The notes: generated by a model from the letters alone, not told the origin. 64,000 nucleotides of DNA from Minisyncoccota bacterium (GCA_035491955.1 DATJJU010000015.1:30440-94439); one strand, 5' to 3'. Shown: positions 20,110 through 30,984, counted from the first letter of the stretch. Numbers and translations are program-made.

Positions 20110-21555
20110 ATGAGCGAACAGCATGAAAAGGCTATCACGCCTCGCGGGGAAGATTATTCACAGTGGTATTTGGACGTTATTGCGGCAGCAGACTTGGCAG
20201 AATACGCCCCAGTAAAGGGGTGTATGATCATTAAGCCAAATGGCTATGCTATTTGGGAGCGTGTACAAGCTATTCTTGATGCTCGATTTAAGGAACTTGG
20301 AGTACAGAATGCATATTTCCCATTACTTATTCCAGAACGATTGCTTAAGCGTGAAGCTCAGCACGTGGAAGGTTTTGCTCCTGAAGTAGCTGTTGTTACT
20401 CATGCAGGGGGAGAAAAACTTGAAGAACCGCTTATTGTTCGTCCTACATCTGAAACAATTATGTACGAGGTGTTCTCCGGATGGATTCATTCATACCGAG
20501 ACCTTCCTCTACTGATAAACCAATGGGCAAACGTTGTGCGTTGGGAAATGAAAACCAAGCCATTCCTCCGTACTACAGAATTTTTGTGGCAAGAGGGTCA
20601 CACCGTGCATGCTACAGAAGCAGAAGCTGATGCATATGCGCGACAAATGCTCGGAGTATATGAATGGTTCTCTCGCGAATACATGGCTATTCCTGTTATT
20701 ACAGGTCCGAAGTCTGACAATGAGCGTTTTGCCGGCGCACTCCGTACTTATAGCTGTGAAGCAATGATGCAGGATGGCAAAGCTCTGCAGTATGCAACGT
20801 CACACAATCTCGGTGATAATTTTGCCAAAGCGTTTAATATTCAATTTCTTGATGATCAAAATACTCCGCAGTACGGCTGGCAAACAAGCTGGGGCCTTTC
20901 TACTCGTTCAATTGGCGGATTGATTATGACCCATAGTGATGACAAAGGTTTAGTGATCCCTCCACGTATGACAAATACACCAGTTGTTCTTGTTCCTGTA
21001 TTTACTGCTGACAATAAAGAAGAAGTTATGACGAAAGCCACTGAGCTTGCTGATATGATTTCTAAAGGCACAGGTCGTCTTGTAAAGATAGATGATCGTG
21101 ATCACTTGCGCGTAGGGGAAAAGTTTTTTGAATGGGAAAAAAGAGGTGTACCGCTCCGTATTGAATACGGGCCAAAGGATATTGCCGCAGGTCATTGTGT
21201 AGCGGTGCGCCGTGATACAGGAGAAAAACAAACACTCAGTGTGGGCGATGATATAGGTGGAGAAGTAAAAAACATTTTGGAGAACATTCAGTCTTCACTC
21301 TATGAAGTAGCGGAAAAACGTTTGAAAGAAAATACTATTAAGGTAGACGGTTGGGATGATTTTGTTAGTGCAATTGAAAACGGAAAATTTGTTTTAGCAC
21401 ACTGGGACGGTACAACTGAAACTGAAAAGAAAATTAAAGAAGAAATTGGCGCAACTATTCGTTGTATTCCATTTACTCAAGAACAAGAAGATGGGGTATG
21501 TGTGAAGACAGGTCAGCCATCACAAGGTCGTGTCTTGTTTGCTAAGGCCTATTAA
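20110..21555 (+). CDS. proS: Proline--tRNA ligase, archaeal/eukaryote type
   Basis: VRPTSET, QWANVVRWE, FLRTTEFLWQEGHT, TSWGLSTR, C-terminal FAKAY. Confidence 0.97.
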   Translation: MSEQHEKAITPRGEDYSQWYLDVIAAADLAEYAPVKGCMIIKPNGYAIWERVQAILDARFKELGVQNAYFPLLIPERLLKREAQHVEGFAPEVAVVTHAGGEKLEEPLIVRPTSETIMYEVFSGWIHSYRDLPLLINQWANVVRWEMKTKPFLRTTEFLWQEGHTVHATEAEADAYARQMLGVYEWFSREYMAIPVITGPKSDNERFAGALRTYSCEAMMQDGKALQYATSHNLGDNFAKAFNIQFLDDQNTPQYGWQTSWGLSTRSIGGLIMTHSDDKGLVIPPRMTNTPVVLVPVFTADNKEEVMTKATELADMISKGTGRLVKIDDRDHLRVGEKFFEWEKRGVPLRIEYGPKDIAAGHCVAVRRDTGEKQTLSVGDDIGGEVKNILENIQSSLYEVAEKRLKENTIKVDGWDDFVSAIENGKFVLAHWDGTTETEKKIKEEIGATIRCIPFTQEQEDGVCVKTGQPSQGRVLFAKAY

Positions 21556-21557
21556 TC

Positions 21558-22601
21558 ATGTTCAAAAAACTCTACCAACGCTTCTCAAATGATATCGGTA
21601 TCGATCTTGGTACTGCTAATACGCTCGTCTATGTCAAAGGCCATGGCATTGTCATTAATGAACCAAGTATTGTAGCGGTCAATCAAAAGACGGGACAAAT
21701 TGTTGCTATCGGACGTGAAGCAAAAGAAATGTGGGGCAAGGCGCCGGAGCATATTAAGATTGTGCGACCGCTTTCAGAAGGCGTTGTCTCAGACTTCGAA
21801 ATGACAGAAGAAATGCTGACATACTTCATTCGCAAAGTAGAAAAGATGTCTAATAAATTTTTCCGTCCACGCGTTGTTATTGGCGTACCTTCAGGTATTA
21901 CGAATGTGGAAATGCGCGCTGTGTATGATGCGACGATTGATGCTGGTGCGCGCGAAGTATATCTCGTAGAAGAAGCTATGGCTGCGGCTATCGGCGTACG
22001 ATTGCCGGTATTAGGATCAAATGCCAGTTTCATTGTAGACATTGGCGGAGGCACAACAGATATTGCGCTGATTGCTCTAGGAGGCATTGTACGTTCGATG
22101 AATTTGCGTGTAGCAGGAGATCATTTTGATGCTCGTGTTGTGGACTATTTGCGCGATGAATTTAAGCTCTTGGTGGGTGAGCGAACAGCGGAGTCTGTAA
22201 AGCTTTCACTCGGCTCTGCTATTGAAACTGACTATATGGAAATAGAAGTGCGTGGCCGTGATCTCGTTACAGGTTTGCCAAAAGCCTTGATGATCACTGA
22301 TGGCGATGTGCGCGAAGCATTTGCGCGTACCGTTGCATTGCTTATCGCAGGTATAAAAGAAGTGCTTGAAACAGCTCCGCCAGAAATGGTCTCAGATATT
22401 TTACAAACAGGCATTGTTCTTACTGGCGGAGGCGCAAACCTTCGCGGCTTGCCAATGCTTCTCGAACAAGAATTGCGTTTACCTGTACACATTGCAGAAG
22501 ATCCATTATCAGCAGTGGCGCGTGGTACCGGCATTATTCTTGAGCAATTTGATGAATATAAGAGTACACTATTATCACTAGAGGATCATGCCGCGTTATA
22601 A
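21558..22601 (+). CDS. mreB: Rod shape-determining actin-like protein
   Basis: IGIDLGTANT, VDIGGGTT, LTGGGA. Confidence 0.96.
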   Translation: MFKKLYQRFSNDIGIDLGTANTLVYVKGHGIVINEPSIVAVNQKTGQIVAIGREAKEMWGKAPEHIKIVRPLSEGVVSDFEMTEEMLTYFIRKVEKMSNKFFRPRVVIGVPSGITNVEMRAVYDATIDAGAREVYLVEEAMAAAIGVRLPVLGSNASFIVDIGGGTTDIALIALGGIVRSMNLRVAGDHFDARVVDYLRDEFKLLVGERTAESVKLSLGSAIETDYMEIEVRGRDLVTGLPKALMITDGDVREAFARTVALLIAGIKEVLETAPPEMVSDILQTGIVLTGGGANLRGLPMLLEQELRLPVHIAEDPLSAVARGTGIILEQFDEYKSTLLSLEDHAAL

Positions 22602-23352
22602 AAAACCAACTCAAAAAGTAAGACCGTTGCGCACCTGGCATCCATTATTGAAATGGGGTCTTATTATCGGTGGAGCAGTTATTTTAATTGCACTCGCAGC
22701 ATTTTTTGTAAAAAGAATTGCCAGTCACGTACCGCCTATCTACGGCAGCACGGTCAGTGGAGAGTTTTCATCAAAGCGCGCACTTATTAGCAAAGTGAAT
22801 GCATTAGAGTCACAAATCAATAGCGATCAGGCGCGGCTCAGCACGCTTGCTCAGCTACAAAATGAAAATGATACGTTGAAAGCAGAGCTTGGACGCGTAC
22901 CTCCACCAAAAGGTATCTTGGCAAATGTGCTGTCTCTGCCCAACAGAAGTTTTTATGACACAATGAATATTGATGCTGGCAGCGCAGAGGGCGTGCGAAA
23001 AGATATGATTGCCTATGCCTTCGGTTCTGTGGCACTTGGCACTGTTTCTTCTGTTACTGCTCATACCTCTACGGTAGTGCTCTATAGTGCGCCAGCCAGA
23101 CAAACTACCGGTACAGCAGTCGGCAGCAATGTAGCAGTGACTTTGCTCGGACGCGGCGGAGGAGAATATGAAGTGCGGCTTCCTCGCGATGTACCCTTTG
23201 ACATAGGCGGTACCGTTGCTCTCCAGTCGACCGACGCCGCGACGCTTGCTACTGTTCAAAAAATCATTACCGATCCTCGCGATCCTTTCCAGCGTCTCCT
23301 CGCCAAAGCTCCTGTAAATCTTCAGGCATTGAAGTGGGTGATAGTGCGTTAG
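22588..23352 (+). CDS. mreC: Rod shape-determining protein MreC
   Basis: TM helix, coiled coil ending ENDTLKAELG, IDAGSAEGV; overlaps the mreB end. Confidence 0.85.
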   Translation: MPRYKKPTQKVRPLRTWHPLLKWGLIIGGAVILIALAAFFVKRIASHVPPIYGSTVSGEFSSKRALISKVNALESQINSDQARLSTLAQLQNENDTLKAELGRVPPPKGILANVLSLPNRSFYDTMNIDAGSAEGVRKDMIAYAFGSVALGTVSSVTAHTSTVVLYSAPARQTTGTAVGSNVAVTLLGRGGGEYEVRLPRDVPFDIGGTVALQSTDAATLATVQKIITDPRDPFQRLLAKAPVNLQALKWVIVR

Positions 23353-23410
23353 TGATCAGGCATATTGACGAAGAACTGAAATACTGTAGAGTAAGAAAAA
23401 ACTAAATAGT

Positions 23411-23812
23411 ATGAAAATAGATCTTGAAAGATTTCGTCACGGTACGGGATCATTATCCTTTATAGGACAGAAACAAGGACAAGACGCTCGGACAATATTA
23501 AACCTTGATACGTTTGATACTAACGAGGACGTATGTACCTTTACTATCCCTCCTGACACAGTATCCTTTAATCCAAGTTTTTACTTAGGGCTGCTGCGCA
23601 AAAGTCTGGAAGTATTGGGTGAAGAAGCATTCAAGAAGAAATACTTGTTTGAAATTCAAAGGAAGATTGTTATTGTTGTTATTCCTCAGGATAAAAAAGA
23701 AGAAGATAAAGAAACTAAAAGGTATGACACAGTTTCAAAGAACCTTGTAGACGGATTTAGAAATATGCAGAATATGATTGCTCTCAAGGGTCCCCTCTGG
23801 CTTTTAAATTAA
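23411..23812 (+). CDS. Hypothetical protein, possibly STAS-like (DUF4325-like)
   Basis: IGQKQGQDAR..FTIPPDTVSFNPSFYLGL resembles STAS-like domains; own promoter (TTGACG 23365) and terminator (23834-23863). Confidence 0.5.
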   Translation: MKIDLERFRHGTGSLSFIGQKQGQDARTILNLDTFDTNEDVCTFTIPPDTVSFNPSFYLGLLRKSLEVLGEEAFKKKYLFEIQRKIVIVVIPQDKKEEDKETKRYDTVSKNLVDGFRNMQNMIALKGPLWLLN

Positions 23813-23908
23813 ACAATAAGCTATCTAACAACTAGCCTTCATGGTATGAAGGCTTTTTATTTTATAAAAAAGCAGTATCTAGGGGTTACCATCGATACTG
23901 CGAAACTC

Positions 23909-24549
23909 TTACTGGGGCAATAGAACTTTTTCACCAGGAAGAAATAATTGGTGACACACTTTTTGTTGCATGTCTTTCCAAACAACTAATCTGTTCTGTG
24001 TACCGTCTCCTTTATTGTGACCCATTCGCCAACTTGCTAAAGGAGGACAGTGTTCAGCCGTGGAACGGTCGTCAATTGAAAAAGGAATTCCTTGTAATTC
24101 TTCAAGAACTGCTTCCTTGACTTGAAATGAAAAATTATTTTGCCTGAAGTGTATTCAAAATACTTGTTACCATATTTCTGAACGATACTTTCATAGCAAC
24201 TATCTCTTTGGATTTCAAACGAGTGTAAAAATGGCCCGATGTGGCAGGCTACTTTCTCTGTTTCAAAATGTTTAAGCATCTGCTCAAGTATTCCGTTTAA
24301 GAAACCTCTCCATCCTGCATGGCAAATGCCAATATTTTTTTCATCCCAGAAAGCAATAATGCAGCAATCTGCGCCGTATGCACCAAGTGCGATATTTTTC
24401 TTTTCAGTAATTAAACCATCAGCATTTTGTACCCACTGTATATCAGGATCTTCTGTGATATTGGCATCCATAATCACGACGTTCGTGCTATGAATTTGCT
24501 TCATGACTATTAATTTGTACATAGTATATTGATTTCCACCACCATACAA
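23909..24549 (-). pseudogene. pgeF: Frameshifted YfiH/PgeF (laccase-domain, purine nucleoside phosphorylase-like) gene
   Basis: KQIHS, ADGLIT, ADC, HAGWRG and IGP motifs. A CTTGA tandem duplication at 24116-24125 shifts the frame; the other frame continues KEAVLEEL..LASWR..QNR to a stop at 23909. Confidence 0.75.
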
Positions 24550-24601
24550 CCTGTTTTCGATTTTAGCAATAGTTCAATAAGTGTGTTATAAAAGGTGAGC
24601 A

Positions 24602-25804
24602 ATGCTGAAGTTTACGATTGAGAAAAAACTTGAAGGAACGCTTGCGAGAGCAGGGGAGATTGAGACCAAGAACGGTGTTATCAAGACACCGGCTTTTGTA
24701 GTGGTGGGAACGAAGGCAACAGTGAAAGCACTGACAGCGGAGCAAATCAGAAGTTTAGATGCGCAGGTAGTGTTGGCGAATACGTATCATTTATATTTGC
24801 AGCCAGGTCCTGAGATTGTCGAGAAGGCCGGAGGCTTTCCAAAGTTTATGGACTGGCATGGTCCGACTATGACAGACTCGGGCGGCTTTCAGGCATTTTC
24901 ATTGGGAGCGGCGTTTGGCAAGGCTGTCAGCAAAGTGGCGGCAGCAGATGCAGCGAAAGAAGAAACGGATGAAGAGTATCAAAGCGATATGCCCGACGAA
25001 CGCCTGGCAAAGGTGACAGATGAAGGTGTGACATTCAAATCACATCTTGATGGTAGCAAACATTTGTTTACTCCAGAGTCTTCGATGGAAGTACAGTGGA
25101 AGCTCGGTGCGGATATGATTTTTGCATTTGATGAATGCACCAGCCCGACTGCGCCATATGAATACCAAAAGAAATCTCTTGCTCGCACATACGAATGGGC
25201 CAAGCGCAGTCTGGCTCGTCATGAGGAGTTGGATACTGAGAAAAAGCAATCGCTCTTCGGTGTTGTGCAAGGTGGGCGACACCAAGATCTTCGCGAAGAA
25301 GCTGCGCGCACTATCGGTGCATTAGATTTTGATGGATTTGGTATTGGCGGTTCATTTACCAAAGACGATATCGGTACTGCTGTCAGTTGGGTAAACAAGC
25401 TGTTGCCTGAAGACAAGCCGCGCCATCTTCTTGGCATCGGTGAACCATCAGATCTTTTTGATGCTGTAGAAGCCGGGTGTGATCTTTTTGACTGTATTGC
25501 TCCAACTCGCATGGCGCGCCACGGCACAGTACACACTACTACCGGTCGTTTGAATATGAAGAATGCACAATACGTCGATCAATTTATTCCGCTTGATGAA
25601 GGCTGTACCTGTTATACCTGTCAGCATCACACTCGCGCATATATTGCTCACCTTTTCCGTGCAGAAGAAATGACTGCTGCCACACTAGCGTCCATCCATA
25701 ACCTTCACTTTATTCTTCGTCTTGTTGAAAATATTCGCGAAAGCATTTTGAATGATACCTTTCACCAATACAAGAAGGATTTTTTAGCAAAATACTATAA
25801 ATAG
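24602..25804 (+). CDS. tgt: tRNA-guanine transglycosylase
   Basis: LANTYHL, TDSGGFQ, FDEC, VVQGG, PRHLLGIG, CTCYTC zinc site, HNLHF. Confidence 0.97.
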   Translation: MLKFTIEKKLEGTLARAGEIETKNGVIKTPAFVVVGTKATVKALTAEQIRSLDAQVVLANTYHLYLQPGPEIVEKAGGFPKFMDWHGPTMTDSGGFQAFSLGAAFGKAVSKVAAADAAKEETDEEYQSDMPDERLAKVTDEGVTFKSHLDGSKHLFTPESSMEVQWKLGADMIFAFDECTSPTAPYEYQKKSLARTYEWAKRSLARHEELDTEKKQSLFGVVQGGRHQDLREEAARTIGALDFDGFGIGGSFTKDDIGTAVSWVNKLLPEDKPRHLLGIGEPSDLFDAVEAGCDLFDCIAPTRMARHGTVHTTTGRLNMKNAQYVDQFIPLDEGCTCYTCQHHTRAYIAHLFRAEEMTAATLASIHNLHFILRLVENIRESILNDTFHQYKKDFLAKYYK

Positions 25805-25836
25805 GCAACACTTGACGCCTTCTATATAATAGAAGT

Positions 25837-27894
25837 ATGAAGTTCGAAATTTCTGACCATTTTAAGCCAGCAGGTGACCAGCCTAAGGCCATTGAAAGCC
25901 TTCTAAAAGGCTTAAAAGATGGCGAGCAGCTTCAGACATTATTGGGCGGTACAGCGACTGGTAAGACATTTACTATGGCCAATATTATTCAGGCAGTGCA
26001 GAAGCCGACACTGGTTATTGCTCACAACAAGACATTGGCAGCACAGCTAGCCAGTGAGTTCAAAGAATTCTTTCCAAACAATGCTGTGCACTACTTCGTA
26101 TCGTACTACGACTACTACCAGCCTGAGGCCTATATGCCGGTGACGGATACCTATATTGAAAAGGATGCACAGATCAACAAAGAAATTGATCGTCTTCGCC
26201 ACGCTACCACGCAGTCCTTGCTGACACGCAAGGATGTCATTATTGTGGCTTCTGTTTCTTGTATCTACGGGTTGGGTTCTCCTGTTGAATACGAAAAAGT
26301 AAATTTCAAAATTGAAAAAGGTATGAGCCTTTCTCGTACTGATGCCATGCAGCGTCTCATCAGTATCCATTTCTCACGAACTAATGCAGACCTAGATTCT
26401 GGTCAGTTCAGAGCGCTTGGTAACAAAATCGAAGTCATGCCAGTGTCAGGTACTGAGCAATACATGATCGAATTCACAGGCAATACTGTTAGCAGTATCC
26501 TAAAGATCGATCCGGTGTCTTCTCGTATTCTGGCAGAAGAAGAAACAGTCTTTATCTTCCCAGCCAAGCACTTCATTACTAATGAGGATGAAAAGGATCG
26601 CGCCATTAAAGACATCAAGCATGAGCTGGATGAGCAATTGAAGCATTTTGAATTGGAAGGAAAGCTTCTCGAAGCTGAGCGCATCAAGCGTCGTACAAAC
26701 TATGACTTGGCCATGATCAAAGAGATTGGCTATTGTTCTGGTATTGAAAACTATTCTCGACACATGTCGGGCAAGATGGCAGGCGAACCACCAGAAACAC
26801 TATTGTCCTACTTCCCGCACAAAGCCGACGGTTCTGCTGACTTCATGCTCTTCATCGATGAAAGTCATGTGACAATTCCACAATTGCAGGGCATGTATGC
26901 CGGCGATGCGTCTCGCAAGCAAACGCTCGTAGACTTCGGCTTTCGTTTGCCAAGCGCTAAAGACAATAGGCCATTGAAGTTTGAAGAATTCAAGGAGCGT
27001 ATTGGTCAGACCATATTTGTCTCTGCCACACCAGGTAAATATGAGCAGGAACATTCTACAAAAGTAGTTCAGCAAATTATTCGTCCGACTGGTCTGGTTG
27101 ATCCAATGGTAGATGTTCGTCCTATTTTGGAAAATGGCGATTATCATGGACAGGTTCATGACTTCATTAATGAAGCAGAAAAAGAAATCGCTAAGGGTGG
27201 TCGTGTACTTGCTACGACGCTGACAAAGAGAATGGCAGAAGACCTAACGGATTATTTGAAAGAAAAGAAAATCAAAGCTGGCTATTTGCACAGCGATGTG
27301 AAGACTATTGATCGTATCAAGATTATTACTAACTTCCGAAAAGGGGAGTTTGATATTCTGGTTGGCGTGAACCTGCTTCGTGAAGGTCTTGATATGCCGG
27401 AAGTATCATTGATTGGTATTCTTGATGCCGATAAGGAAGGCTTCTTGCGCAGTGAAGTTTCACTCATTCAAACTATTGGTCGTGCAGCTCGTAACGCTAA
27501 CGGCCGCGTTATACTATACGCCGACAACATGACCGGCTCTATGGATCGTGCGATCAAGGAAACGACGCGTCGTCGCGATATTCAGCTGGCCTACAACAAA
27601 GAGCATGGCATTACGCCGAAGACTATTGAAAAGAAAATTCTTGATATTACGCAGGGTATGGAAAGCGATCATGCTAAGGCGGTGAACGCAGAGCTAGCGC
27701 TTGATATTGAACTCTTTGCACAATTGGAAAAAGACAATAAAGGCAAGCGCGGCAAAAAGAATCCTATTGAAAAACTGATCGCCATGAAAGAACAGGAAAT
27801 GAAAGAGTCTGTAAAGCTCTTGGATTTCGAAACTGCCGCCATCTTGCGTGATGAGATTAAAGTGCTGAGAGAAAGAACATATATTAATCCGTAA
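25837..27894 (+). CDS. uvrB: Excinuclease ABC subunit B
   Basis: PAGDQP, GKTFTMA, YYDYYQPEAY, DESH, LIQTIGRAARN, C-terminal UVR coil. Confidence 0.98.
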   Translation: MKFEISDHFKPAGDQPKAIESLLKGLKDGEQLQTLLGGTATGKTFTMANIIQAVQKPTLVIAHNKTLAAQLASEFKEFFPNNAVHYFVSYYDYYQPEAYMPVTDTYIEKDAQINKEIDRLRHATTQSLLTRKDVIIVASVSCIYGLGSPVEYEKVNFKIEKGMSLSRTDAMQRLISIHFSRTNADLDSGQFRALGNKIEVMPVSGTEQYMIEFTGNTVSSILKIDPVSSRILAEEETVFIFPAKHFITNEDEKDRAIKDIKHELDEQLKHFELEGKLLEAERIKRRTNYDLAMIKEIGYCSGIENYSRHMSGKMAGEPPETLLSYFPHKADGSADFMLFIDESHVTIPQLQGMYAGDASRKQTLVDFGFRLPSAKDNRPLKFEEFKERIGQTIFVSATPGKYEQEHSTKVVQQIIRPTGLVDPMVDVRPILENGDYHGQVHDFINEAEKEIAKGGRVLATTLTKRMAEDLTDYLKEKKIKAGYLHSDVKTIDRIKIITNFRKGEFDILVGVNLLREGLDMPEVSLIGILDADKEGFLRSEVSLIQTIGRAARNANGRVILYADNMTGSMDRAIKETTRRRDIQLAYNKEHGITPKTIEKKILDITQGMESDHAKAVNAELALDIELFAQLEKDNKGKRGKKNPIEKLIAMKEQEMKESVKLLDFETAAILRDEIKVLRERTYINP

Positions 27895-27928
27895 ATAAAA
27901 AAAGCCGGGAAGTATCCCGGCTCCAAGT

Positions 27929-28267
27929 CTATTTCTTGTGAACTGTTAGTGTGGCTCTTGGCCTGTTCTCGCGATACATTTCAAGACCGTGTGTTTCAGG
28001 TATTTCTAAGTCTAGATCAGAAAACGCATCGATTATCTTTTTAAATCTCAGCACCTTTCTTTGAAATGCGTTAATATTTTTAACTCTTCGAAAGTCCTTA
28101 AGAAATTCTTCAAAGTAATCTTTCAAGGCTTCTTTAGCGTACAATAACTTTATAGTTTTTCTCCAAAAGGTAATAGTAGCTTTTCTGGTAGTTAAGTTCA
28201 TTTGGATACGTATAGTATCGCCCTCTTGTAATGTAGTTTCCTGATCTTTAATCTTAAGCTGTATCAT
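27929..28267 (-). CDS. Hypothetical protein (AT-rich orphan)
   Basis: 112-aa ORF filling the uvrB-uvrA gap on the opposite strand. Confidence 0.6.
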   Translation of the reverse strand: MIQLKIKDQETTLQEGDTIRIQMNLTTRKATITFWRKTIKLLYAKEALKDYFEEFLKDFRRVKNINAFQRKVLRFKKIIDAFSDLDLEIPETHGLEMYRENRPRATLTVHKK

Positions 28268-28344
28268 TATTCTATTGTTTTGTATTCCTATTGTTTATAG
28301 CACAGTATTAGAAAAAAGTTGACTTTTGTGGTATAATGGGTGCC

Positions 28345-30984
28345 GTGGAAAAAGGAAGGAGAAAAGTGGAGAGTGCGGCTGAGACCATTGTAGTTAAAGG
28401 TGCCCGTACTCATAACCTTAAAAATATTAGTGTAGAAATGCCTCGTAATGCCATGGTGGCTATTACGGGAATGTCAGGTTCAGGCAAGAGTTCCTTAGCA
28501 TTTGATACTATTTTTGCAGAAGGCCAACGTCGATACGTTGAGTCGCTCTCTTCTTATGCGCGGCAATTCTTGAACCAAATGCCAAAGCCTGATGTTGATG
28601 AGATCACCGGTCTCTCACCAGCCATCTCTATCGACCAAAAATCTCGCTCAAACAACCCCCGCTCAACAGTTGCGACTATTACCGAGATCTATGACTATCT
28701 TCGCGTGTTGTATGCTCGTGTTGGTAAGGCATACTGTCCTGTTTGTGGCACTCTGATTCAGAAGCTTTCGATGGAAGAAATTAATGGATTCATTCTGGAC
28801 AAGATCAAGGATCTTTCTAAAGCAAAGAATAAAGAAGTCATGGGTGTTGCATGGAACGATACTCGCATTCAGATTTATGCGCCTGTTGTTCGCGGACGAA
28901 AAGGTGAGTACTACCAGTTGCTTTACGATTTGCTCGGACGTGGCTTTTCTACCGTACGTGTTGATGGGCAGCTCAAGAGTCTCCGTGAGCGCATTGAAAT
29001 GAATAAGACTACTCCGCACACTATTGAAGTATTGGTGGACGAACTTGCTGTGCACGAATTCAAAGATACTCCTCGTGATGCAGAGCTTCGCTTATCAGAA
29101 GCGGTAGAACGTGCTCTCTTGGAAGCTGATGGTTTGGTGCAAGTAACATTTGGCACGTCGCCAGATTTCTCAATGGATACAGACTTGCTACAAGAATTTC
29201 TTCTTTCAAGTAAATTTGCTTGTCCAAATGACGGCTTCTCATTTCCAGAAATTGAACCGCGACTCTTTTCATTCAACAGTCCGTATGGCGCATGTCCTAC
29301 CTGTAATGGTATCGGTACAAAGTTTTTTGGCGGCACAGAACCGTGTGAGACCTGTCACGGCAAGCGCTTGCGCCCTGAGGCATTGAATGTTTTTCTCGGA
29401 GAGCATTCTGCTACAAAGCACGGTCAGAATATTGTTGATGTAACAAGTATGTCTGTAGAAGAAGCGTTTGATTTCTTCGTATCATTGAAACTCTCTTCAA
29501 AAGATAAGGAGGTTGCTCGAGCAGTATTGAAGGAAATCGAAGACCGCCTGAATTTCTTGCTGAATGTTGGTCTGGAATACTTGGCGCTCAGTCGTACCGC
29601 AAATACTCTTTCTGGCGGAGAAGCACAGCGTATTCGTTTAGCTTCACAGCTTGGTTCACGTCTCGTGGGGGCAATGTACGTCTTGGATGAGCCAACCATT
29701 GGTCTGCACCAGCGCGACAATGAACGCTTGATCCGTACGCTCGAAGACTTGCGCGATATCGGCAACACTATTCTTGTTGTCGAGCACGATGAGGATACTA
29801 TTTTTGCATCAGACTATATTGTTGATATCGGTCCAAAAGCTGGAGTGCATGGCGGAGAAGTGGTGGTGTCAGGCTATCTCGATAAATTGCTTGCAGCGAA
29901 AACTAATCCTTCTGGTTCGCGAACGCTCGCATATCTCCGAAAGGAAGAGCAGATAGAAGTGCCGGAGAAGCGGCGAGATGATGACAAGGGCACTATTAAA
30001 GTCGTCGGAGCAAATCTTCACAATATTCATAATCAAAACATTGATGTACCGCTCGGACGCATGGTAGCAATCACTGGCGTGTCAGGTTCAGGGAAAAGTA
30101 CATTCTTGTACGATATTTTGTATAGCAATCTTCAGGCTCGCTTTGAACGTAAAATGCGCAGTGCGAAGACATTTAATTGCGCGTCATTTACAGGCAGTGA
30201 ATACTTAGCGCGCGCTATTCTTATTGATCAATCGCCGATCGGCCGTACGCCGCGTTCAAACATTGCTACATACACTGGAGCGTTTACCCATATTCGCGAG
30301 CTCTTTGCTTCCACCGAAGAAGCGCGCTTGCGCGGCTGGAAAGTAAACCGCTTCTCCTTCAATGTTAAAGGCGGACGCTGTGAAGCGTGTGAAGGCAATG
30401 GTGAAATTGCCGTAGAGATGCACTTCTTGCCGACTGTCTATGTGACGTGCGATGTCTGCGGAGGAAAGCGCTTCGATAAAGAAACCCTAACAGTGAAATA
30501 CAAGCGCAAGAGCATTTACGATGTCTTGCAATTGACCGTAGAAGAAGCTATGGAATTCTTCCAGGATATTCCAGCTATTTCAGATCGCCTTACAACACTG
30601 AATGACGTTGGTCTTGGCTATGTGAAGCTTGGACAAAGTGCTACCACGCTTTCTGGTGGCGAAGCGCAGCGCGTAAAGATTGCCTCAGAACTGTATCGCC
30701 CATACCTTGAAAAGACTATTTACCTGCTCGATGAGCCAACTGTTGGCTTGCACTACGATGATGTGAAGAATCTTATCGGTGTTTTGAATCGTCTTGTTGC
30801 CAAAGGAAACACTGTTGTTGTGATCGAACACAATCTTGATCTGATCAAAGCTGCCGACTGGCTGATCGACTTCGGCCCCGAAGGTGGAGTTCACGGTGGT
30901 AAAATCGTTGCTAAAGGCACACCTGAAGCTGTCGCCAACAACAAAAACTCCTTCACTGGCCATTATCTAAAGAAAATTTTATAA
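28345..30984 (+). CDS. uvrA: Excinuclease ABC subunit A
   Basis: Two ABC ATPase modules (GSGKS, LSGGEAQR, LDEPT) plus zinc fingers. GTG 28345 is chosen because ATG 28336 overlaps the TATAAT box. Confidence 0.97.
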   Translation: MEKGRRKVESAAETIVVKGARTHNLKNISVEMPRNAMVAITGMSGSGKSSLAFDTIFAEGQRRYVESLSSYARQFLNQMPKPDVDEITGLSPAISIDQKSRSNNPRSTVATITEIYDYLRVLYARVGKAYCPVCGTLIQKLSMEEINGFILDKIKDLSKAKNKEVMGVAWNDTRIQIYAPVVRGRKGEYYQLLYDLLGRGFSTVRVDGQLKSLRERIEMNKTTPHTIEVLVDELAVHEFKDTPRDAELRLSEAVERALLEADGLVQVTFGTSPDFSMDTDLLQEFLLSSKFACPNDGFSFPEIEPRLFSFNSPYGACPTCNGIGTKFFGGTEPCETCHGKRLRPEALNVFLGEHSATKHGQNIVDVTSMSVEEAFDFFVSLKLSSKDKEVARAVLKEIEDRLNFLLNVGLEYLALSRTANTLSGGEAQRIRLASQLGSRLVGAMYVLDEPTIGLHQRDNERLIRTLEDLRDIGNTILVVEHDEDTIFASDYIVDIGPKAGVHGGEVVVSGYLDKLLAAKTNPSGSRTLAYLRKEEQIEVPEKRRDDDKGTIKVVGANLHNIHNQNIDVPLGRMVAITGVSGSGKSTFLYDILYSNLQARFERKMRSAKTFNCASFTGSEYLARAILIDQSPIGRTPRSNIATYTGAFTHIRELFASTEEARLRGWKVNRFSFNVKGGRCEACEGNGEIAVEMHFLPTVYVTCDVCGGKRFDKETLTVKYKRKSIYDVLQLTVEEAMEFFQDIPAISDRLTTLNDVGLGYVKLGQSATTLSGGEAQRVKIASELYRPYLEKTIYLLDEPTVGLHYDDVKNLIGVLNRLVAKGNTVVVIEHNLDLIKAADWLIDFGPEGGVHGGKIVAKGTPEAVANNKNSFTGHYLKKIL

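Noticed and set aside
24550-24600. Upstream in-frame TGA at pgeF as a sign of TGA recoding (genetic code 25)
   Set aside because: dnaG and tsf end at TGA at the expected lengths and no conserved gene has an internal TGA, so the standard code applies.
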